This document shows, one piece after another, positions 25,826 through 32,000 of a DNA stretch of 32,000 nt. Source of the stretch: Haloquadratum walsbyi C23 (GTDB taxonomy: Archaea > Halobacteriota > Halobacteria > Halobacteriales > Haloferacaceae); NCBI RefSeq assembly GCF_000237865.1, contig NC_017459.1, forward strand, positions 2,400,001 through 2,432,000, written 5' to 3'. The notes beneath the pieces are model-generated. The model was given only the letters and a program-made list of their open reading frames with translations. It was not told where the DNA came from and ran no database searches. The first letter of the stretch is position 1, and the number at the start of each line of letters is the position of its first letter. The translations under genes were made by a program, and so were the position numbers.

Positions 25826-27292
25826 CGCTAGTTGTCCACTCTACCGATAACCGCAGCCGCGAAAGTAAAACTTCACGTCCGGAAGACGTCGAAACAAGAC
25901 AAAGACGCCAACAGCTGTCTCAGTGACCTAAACAGATATCGAGTTTACTACTTGTCTCTACTGAGCTCTGTGTTGAAGCCGCAATTCAGATACAGCTGTC
26001 GCTGGTCGCCAGCCTCGCTTCGCCCGAAGCGAGGCGGCTTACCCGAGTCCGTGTTCGTGCCCTGCTGGTAGTCCCTGGCCGTTCGTCTGGTGTTCATCTT
26101 TCCAGCCGAGCTCATCGTCCAGCACCTCTTCGACCCCATGGAGAAACGCGTTGTTGAACGTGAAATCGGTCGGAAGTGCTCGCCCGCCACGCCGTGGTCG
26201 GGCGAGCACTGCCCACTGCAACACAACCCACAACTGCTCCAGCAGGAACCCAACGCCCACGTAGAACAGCCGAATCGTCGTCGATGGTGTTGTTGTCAGA
26301 GCACGCGCTTTCCGGAATGTCTCGTAGCTCTTCTCAATCTGTGCCCGGTGGTTGTAGACCTGCGCCACTTGCCGCGGCGTTCGGTCTTCCAGACCGTACG
26401 CCGCGTATCCTGTCTGTTTGAGCCCTGACTTCCCGCGATCTCCGTTTTGATACGTGACGTTGACCGCCAGTGGATACGTTTGTTCGTGCTCTTTCCCTTC
26501 GCAGATTATCTCCTCAGTCATGTACGAGGAACCCGTTGTGAGCTTCTCTTCGAGGGTTTCTTTCCCGGTTCTCACCGGAAAGACCGGCGATGCTGCCTCA
26601 CGGAGAACGCCGATTAACTCGCCACAGAAGGCGTCTCTGTCCATGAGAATCTGATCGATCTCGAACGGATAAGTCTCGACGCGGGCGAGCACGCGCTCGA
26701 TCGCGTCGGCCTTGCTATCTTTGCCATCAACCGGTTCAACCGCCAGCGTCAGCGGCTTCCCCTGTGCAAGAACAAACGCTGTACAGTAGCGGTGACACTT
26801 TGTAGTGCCGTCGCGGGCACTCATCCGCCGGAATTCGTCTTCATCGTCTGGACAGCCGTGGAATGGGTTGTTCATGAAGTCGATGCAGATGGTTCTCGAC
26901 CCGTCGCGGTCGAGAACCGTCATAGCTACCAGCGCGAGAATGTCGTTGACAGCATCAAGCATTGTCTCTTTTTCCAGCGTGTGGAGCCAATCCATCACTG
27001 TCTCCCGGTTTGGTGTGTCCTCAGTGCTGGTTGTGACACCGTTGACCGATGTCTGGTCAACAGCAGCTCGTAAAACGACTTCCATGGGTATCAACTCAAG
27101 CAACTCCATGCTAAGAGATTTCAGCTGGCTGTTCGAAATGAACTCGTCCGGATCGGTGAGGATTCGTTTGAGCTTTGGTAGGTTCACGTCACCCACATCC
27201 GGGCAGCGGATGAATCAGCTTCCTGATTCACCCGCTTCATCTGGCACTATATGTCAGCGACGGCATCACTGAGACAGAGTGGACAACTAGCG
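25826..27292 (-). mobile_element. complete ISH3-family insertion sequence (1467 bp) with a 5-bp target-site duplication
   Basis: A perfect 17-bp terminal IR CGCTAGTTGTCCACTCT (25826-25842) matches the reverse complement of 27276-27292. The direct repeat ATAGT occurs at 25821-25825 and 27293-27297. Confidence 0.85.
26039..27196 (-). CDS. ISH3-family transposase
   Basis: 385 aa. Homologous over its length to the 390-aa ORF at 27667-28839 (DGTTKCHRYCTAF...ERVLARVETYPFEI). Y-(2)-R-(3)-E-(6)-R signature (YNHRAQIEKSYETFR). Confidence 0.9.
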   Translation of the reverse strand: MGDVNLPKLKRILTDPDEFISNSQLKSLSMELLELIPMEVVLRAAVDQTSVNGVTTSTEDTPNRETVMDWLHTLEKETMLDAVNDILALVAMTVLDRDGSRTICIDFMNNPFHGCPDDEDEFRRMSARDGTTKCHRYCTAFVLAQGKPLTLAVEPVDGKDSKADAIERVLARVETYPFEIDQILMDRDAFCGELIGVLREAASPVFPVRTGKETLEEKLTTGSSYMTEEIICEGKEHEQTYPLAVNVTYQNGDRGKSGLKQTGYAAYGLEDRTPRQVAQVYNHRAQIEKSYETFRKARALTTTPSTTIRLFYVGVGFLLEQLWVVLQWAVLARPRRGGRALPTDFTFNNAFLHGVEEVLDDELGWKDEHQTNGQGLPAGHEHGLG

Positions 27293-27590
27293 ATAGTGCG
27301 GTTGAATGTAATGGACAACGAGTCGTTTATTCGGGAACTGCCCAGCAGTTTCTATTGCAGCGTCAGTCATTGTCTCGGCACGGACAGTGCCTATTTGATC
27401 GTCCCAACCCTCGTCAAGCCAAACGGTAATAATCTCATGTAAGTTGATATCCCACGTGCTACGATTCCGTTCGAGTTGGGGGTTTGCGGTGATGTAGACG
27501 GTATCGCGGAGGTCGCGTCCATCGAAATTCGCTTTGAGCCACTCTACTGTAGATGAACCTCTTGAGACTCGTGAGGAGAGAATCATCAAG
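27293..27590 (-). pseudogene. sulfatase-like gene, N-proximal fragment (between two ISH3-type elements)
   Basis: The translation ...MILSSRVSRGSSTVEWLKANFDGRD...KRLVVHYIQPHY covers the nucleophile region (SST, then F-x-G) and the H-x-x-PH-x-P block, which corresponds to WLHPMDTHAPY in the intact paralog. The terminal R and stop of track ORF 27287..27589 come from the IS end. Confidence 0.65.
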
Positions 27591-29053
27591 TTCGGTACTT
27601 CACGAACGGTGTAATGGGCCGAATTAATCCGGTGAGTTAACCGGAAAGAAATGTCTGGTTCTGGATGTGTTAGACCTTACAGACCCAGACGGGTACCTTT
27701 CGGCATCAGAAGTCAAAGATACCGCGGAAGCGGTTATTTCTCCGCTCCCACTGCCGGGTGTCGAGGGGAGCCCCCTCGACCCCGGCGATATCTGGCTCGT
27801 TGTTATCTTTGCCTGCGTGAACGAAACCTCAATCTGGGAAACCTGCAACGAACACGATGGAACGCCCTGCGATGATACTGTTCTGGCGTGGCTTCACACA
27901 CTCAATCGTGGGTGGCTCGAAGTCATTGCTAACCTCCAGCTTAGCCGCCTCGCTATGACGATTCTCGACGCAGAGCAGTCGAGAATCGTCTCTATCGACT
28001 TCATCGACAACCCCTATCACGGCGACCACTACGACGAGCAAGGAGAACTCTGCTTGATGGCTCCGAAAGATGGCACGACCACGTGCCATCGATACTGTAC
28101 AGCGTACGTCGTTTCCAACGGAAAACCGGTGACGCTGGCGATGACGTACGTTCGTAACGACGAGACAGAGGCTGACGCGGTCGAGCGCGTGCTCGCCCGC
28201 GTCGAGAACTACCCCTTTGAGATCGAGTTGCTGCTTGCTGACAGCGGCTTCTTCAATGAGCGTGTGATTCGTCGGTCACGAGAGATCGCTGCCACAGTCG
28301 TTCACGTTCCAAAGAAAGGAGATCGCATGAAAAAGAAACTCGACGTGCACAAGTCGTACATGACGACCTACCGCATGTACAAAGACAGCGAGCGGGAACT
28401 CCGTGTCCCGCTCGCGGTCTCTGTCTCCTACCAGAACGGTGATCGGAACAAACACGGCGAGGTTGTCCGTGGCTACGTGGCTTGCGGCGTTACCGATCAT
28501 ACCGCCAAACAGGTTGAACGGATCTATCGGAAACGATCAGGCATCGAGACGACCTACCGGCTGATTCGGCAGGCACGAGGGGTCACGACAACTCGTGACC
28601 CCGTCGTTCGGTTTGCCTTCATGCTCGTGGCTGCCATTCTGGAGAACCTCTGGTTGGTGCTTCGCTGGGCCGTCGTCGCCCGCCCGCAGCGGGGCGGGCG
28701 CGACTTACCTGAAGAGTTCACGTTCTCTGTGTTTTGCGATTGGATTCGGAGGGAGTTGGAGGAGCAGTTGGAGCGACGGTGGAAGATCAAGATGAACGAG
28801 ACAGGTATTCCACCGTCATACCAAACGACCGAGGGCTGACCACGGTCAGCCCTGGTCAGTCTGCCTCTGTATGAGCAACAGCTCTCTTCGAGAAGTAGTC
28901 GAAAACGGGGGAAATGAGCTGTTTGAGTGCGCACTCTGTTCGAAGTGGAAAGCAACTCACTGATTTTTGTAACTCACTCGAGAAACCATATAGAATATGA
29001 CTATTCGGCCGTCACTGTCGCTGGAAGTTTCGACTCATTCGTGAAGTACCGAA
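27591..29053 (+). mobile_element. ISH3-family insertion sequence (1463 bp), second and divergent copy, without detectable target-site duplication
   Basis: A 16-bp perfect terminal IR TTCGGTACTTCACGAA (27591-27606) matches the reverse complement of 29038-29053. The architecture matches the first copy (about 76-96 bp 5' leader and about 214 bp 3' tail). The flanking pentamers differ (TCAAG versus GTTAA). Confidence 0.75.
27667..28839 (+). CDS. ISH3-family transposase
   Basis: 390 aa with a GTG start. It carries DGTTTCHRYCTAYV...ERVLARVENYPFEI and YRKRSGIETTYRLIR (a Y-(2)-R-(3)-E-(6)-R signature). Confidence 0.9.
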   Translation: MLDLTDPDGYLSASEVKDTAEAVISPLPLPGVEGSPLDPGDIWLVVIFACVNETSIWETCNEHDGTPCDDTVLAWLHTLNRGWLEVIANLQLSRLAMTILDAEQSRIVSIDFIDNPYHGDHYDEQGELCLMAPKDGTTTCHRYCTAYVVSNGKPVTLAMTYVRNDETEADAVERVLARVENYPFEIELLLADSGFFNERVIRRSREIAATVVHVPKKGDRMKKKLDVHKSYMTTYRMYKDSERELRVPLAVSVSYQNGDRNKHGEVVRGYVACGVTDHTAKQVERIYRKRSGIETTYRLIRQARGVTTTRDPVVRFAFMLVAAILENLWLVLRWAVVARPQRGGRDLPEEFTFSVFCDWIRRELEEQLERRWKIKMNETGIPPSYQTTEG

Positions 29054-29341
29054 GTTAACTCGTTGATTCAAGCATGTCGTATCCGCAGGCACCTAGAACG
29101 ACGAGAGTATCCAATCCTCATCGAACACATCGATTCCAGCTGTATTCTCTGGATGAAGTCCAGCGCGGCGATGATACAGCTAATTAATCCCAGGTAAAAA
29201 GTGTCGAGGATTTTGGAGGGCACGGGACAATCGATATATATAGCTCATTATGAGTCGTACCAACATCTGTTTACATATATATTGATATTTGTTATCTAAA
29301 AAGAACAAGATTGAAACGGCGTTTTTAATTAATAGAGGTTA

Positions 29342-30559
29342 ATGGACATCGCTTTCATGCATCCTTCATATCCCTCTGCAGAGGGAACTGGGGCAACACA
29401 TTCTGCAACACAGATTGTGACTGGCCTTACTGAAGCCGGTCACAGCGTCGATATATACTGTACTGCAAATCCCCAATCGGAGGATGTGCAATCTAACAGC
29501 GCCCTGTATCATCTTGATGGGGAGAGTATTCATCCACATACATCTACAAAACTAAATCGAGAGGTGAAAGCACGACTAGACAAATTTGACAAATACGATA
29601 TTGTTCACAGTTATCTACCTTCACTAATACCTTCTATCGCAGAAATCGGTCAACAATTGAATGTCGGTACAGTTGTCACACTCAACGCCTACGGCGGTAC
29701 CTGTGCAAAAAACGACCTACTTTATCTCAATGAAGAGCAATGTGAGTCCAAGTCGACAGCCAAATGTATGAATTGCATTGCTCGAACTGGATTCTCGAAC
29801 AACGAGCACGGGTACCTGTATCAGACGGCTAGCCAACTGTTATCTCTCCGTTCGATAAATAAAGGCGAACGCAGACTTGAGCATATTGATGCCTTTCGAG
29901 CACCTTCCGACCATGTTAAAGAGAACTACGAGCAATTCGGGTATCAGAAAAAAAAGATCCAAGTAATTTCACACCCTCTCAATGACTTATTTCTTGTAGA
30001 TCATAAGAGCGATTTTACTGATCCAATACAGATTCTCTATGTTGGGGCACTTGAAAAACATAAAGGCGTTGACAAACTTGTTCCGATTATTCACGGTTTG
30101 CGTCAAGATGGACTTGACGTAGAACTCACAGTTGTAGGCACCGGTGGATTTCGAGCAAAAATGGAGCAACAAAGAACAGAGTTAGATTGTGCTGAGTCTA
30201 TTGATTTTGCAGGCTTCGTATCTAACGAAAAACTGCCCGAAGTATATGCAGGTCATGACCTGTTTATTCACCCGGGTGTTTGGGAAGAACCCCTTGCGCG
30301 TGTGTACATTGAGGCATTGGCTACGGGAACACCGATTGTGACTCGTGAATATGGGAGTGTTCAATCGATTATTGGGGACGGGGGTGTGACAGCTGATGAT
30401 AGTGTTGAGTCTTATATCGAGGTAATTAGCGATGTTCTCAGGGACAATCGACTGGCTTCGCTCTCGAAAGGGGCGAAGGATCATGTGAGACGATATGAGC
30501 GAAAAAAAATAGTCTCACAGATCGAAGAATTATATCAGTCTCTGCTGTATGTATTTTGA
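29342..30559 (+). CDS. glycosyltransferase, family 4 (GT-B fold)
   Basis: 405 aa. The N-terminal segment MDIAFMHPSYPSAEGTGATHSATQIV..L...GH.V is GT4-like. The C-terminal LFIHPGVWEEPLARVYIEALATGTPIVT is an EX7E-type motif. The gene is noticeably AT-rich. Confidence 0.85.
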   Translation: MDIAFMHPSYPSAEGTGATHSATQIVTGLTEAGHSVDIYCTANPQSEDVQSNSALYHLDGESIHPHTSTKLNREVKARLDKFDKYDIVHSYLPSLIPSIAEIGQQLNVGTVVTLNAYGGTCAKNDLLYLNEEQCESKSTAKCMNCIARTGFSNNEHGYLYQTASQLLSLRSINKGERRLEHIDAFRAPSDHVKENYEQFGYQKKKIQVISHPLNDLFLVDHKSDFTDPIQILYVGALEKHKGVDKLVPIIHGLRQDGLDVELTVVGTGGFRAKMEQQRTELDCAESIDFAGFVSNEKLPEVYAGHDLFIHPGVWEEPLARVYIEALATGTPIVTREYGSVQSIIGDGGVTADDSVESYIEVISDVLRDNRLASLSKGAKDHVRRYERKKIVSQIEELYQSLLYVF

Positions 30560-31392
30560 ATCCTCCAACATCTGATAAGATCGTCGTATTAATGGCTTCT
30601 TTCACCCTGCGATGTCGGAAGACTACGCTGAGGGATCCGATTAAATCAGCATAGAACGTTTGATCTCATGATTGAAGTACCGCTTGATATTACAGATGAG
30701 ATACATTACTCCAATCCCGTGGAGTTCATGATACCATTTACGCACTCGAACAGCTGGACCGTACAAGCGGTTTGATCGAGAGATTGGTAGGTTTGATTAT
30801 TTCGATTGTCGCCAGTCTGGGCGTTGTCTATATGATCGTATGGAGTGAACGCACGATGTTCGACCAGTGTGATCTGATGTCGAGTTCACGGAACTCTCGC
30901 GTAAGTTGAGCTACTCATCAACTGGGAGGTTGTCCGTATCAACACTGAGAATCTCAAAAATTTCGTAATCGTATCCATCAATTCAATCATTATTACGGAA
31001 ACCTTCTCAAGATTAATTCACAGATCGTAAAGTGAAATCATCGCACACATAGTGAAGTTGCCGCCAGTTCTATGCGCGGCAGGTTCATCCACATTACTGG
31101 AACTTCTCTTGGCAAGCCAGAGCTATTTCGCTTCGGCATCAGTGGTAATGTTTAGTCAGATTTACGAACATACATATTAAATCCTGTGGTTTAGGAACGC
31201 ATTACGGCGTAATTTGGCGATTCGATAAAGACAAATGAAGAATTATCCGGTGTTTGCGCGAGTATGACCCTTTTATGTCCCCTTCATTTTTAAGAAGGTG
31301 ATCGAGTTAGTGATCTAGCCTAGCGGAAGAAATCTAAGGTTACGTGTATGTTCATTCTATGAACAATCTCAATCATACATGTCTCACTCGAC

Positions 31393-32000
31393 TCACTTCT
31401 TTCCCTTGAGGAAGTACTCGCTCCCACGATATGATAACCTAGCCACGTCAAATCCGCAATCCTCTAATGTGGTTACGATATCTGATTCAGTGTCACTGTA
31501 CTCTTTGAGGCGATCAGGGTGGACCTCCACATAGCATATTCGACACGCAGACCGCGATAGAATGGAATGCATTCCCGCAAAGACTCGACCTTCGGCCCCC
31601 TCTACGTCAACTTTTAGAATAGTTGGTTGTGGGACTGAGCCGTTCTCAACAAGTCTATCACCAGTTGTTAATTTGATTTCAATCGTCTCCGAAGCCTTGC
31701 CCGTCGCGAGTGAATGTTTGCCTTCGCCAATGTCTGGCGATGCAACTTCAAGTTCGGCAGTTCCTACCGAATCAGCCAGCGCTTTTTCGATGGTTATAGC
31801 ATCTCTATTATTTAATCGTAGGTTCGACTGGAGCCCGTCAAGATTTGTGGGATGTGGTTCAAAAGCGATGATCTGTGATGCCGGTGCCTTCTGAGAGATG
31901 AAACAAGTATACGTCCCCACGTTTGCACCGACATCAAAGACGACATCGTCTGACTGAAGCTCAGATAGCAGATCCTCAATGATCGCCCGCTCACCGCCAA
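31393..32000 (-). CDS. FkbM-family methyltransferase (5' end beyond the right window edge)
   Basis: The track ORF 31393..31920 begins at an internal GTG. The same frame stays open to position 32000 (...GGERAIIEDLLSELQSDDVVFDVGANVGTYTCFISQKAP..IIAFEPHPTN...). VFDVGANVGTY...AFEP is the SAM-binding motif of FkbM methyltransferases. Confidence 0.8.
   Translation of the reverse strand, partial: GGERAIIEDLLSELQSDDVVFDVGANVGTYTCFISQKAPASQIIAFEPHPTNLDGLQSNLRLNNRDAITIEKALADSVGTAELEVASPDIGEGKHSLATGKASETIEIKLTTGDRLVENGSVPQPTILKVDVEGAEGRVFAGMHSILSRSACRICYVEVHPDRLKEYSDTESDIVTTLEDCGFDVARLSYRGSEYFLKGKK

Overview
This 32 kb window looks haloarchaeal. The predicted proteins are strongly acidic, there is a Tat/lipobox lipoprotein, and the insertion sequences are of ISH type. 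The AT-rich background resembles Haloquadratum, but that is inference only. Layout: a partial family-4 uracil-DNA glycosylase (1-241, minus strand, absent from the ORF track); three sugar-nucleotide genes (554-3242: two tandem nucleotidyltransferases and an SDR epimerase); an orphan LivJ-type binding lipoprotein whose two halves are in swapped order (3506-4882); and a DUF433/PIN-like toxin-antitoxin pair (5451-6107). An AT-rich accessory stretch follows (6.1-11.7 kb). It holds an intact IS4-family element, a 54-bp tandem repeat array, small acidic ORFs, a 282-aa unknown protein and a degenerate integrase-like gene beside tRNA-Ser(UGA). From 12.2 kb to the right edge lies a surface-glycan locus: a bacterial-type WbaP-like phosphoglycosyl transferase, three GT4 glycosyltransferases, an AsnB-like amidotransferase, a Thr-type sulfatase-superfamily enzyme, a GT-C-like membrane protein and an FkbM methyltransferase. 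Five more IS elements have invaded it (IS630, IS66, IS4-type, two ISH3-type). I mapped inverted repeats for five of the six IS elements. Target-site duplications are clear for three, ambiguous for the IS4-type element at 24.6 kb and absent for the second ISH3 element. The insertions split a sulfatase-like paralog into at least three fragments that can be rejoined in silico. The most interesting items are the permuted binding protein, the repeat array, the bacterial-style initiated glycan pathway and the IS-driven decay of that locus. I found no complete novel defence-type system that I can support.
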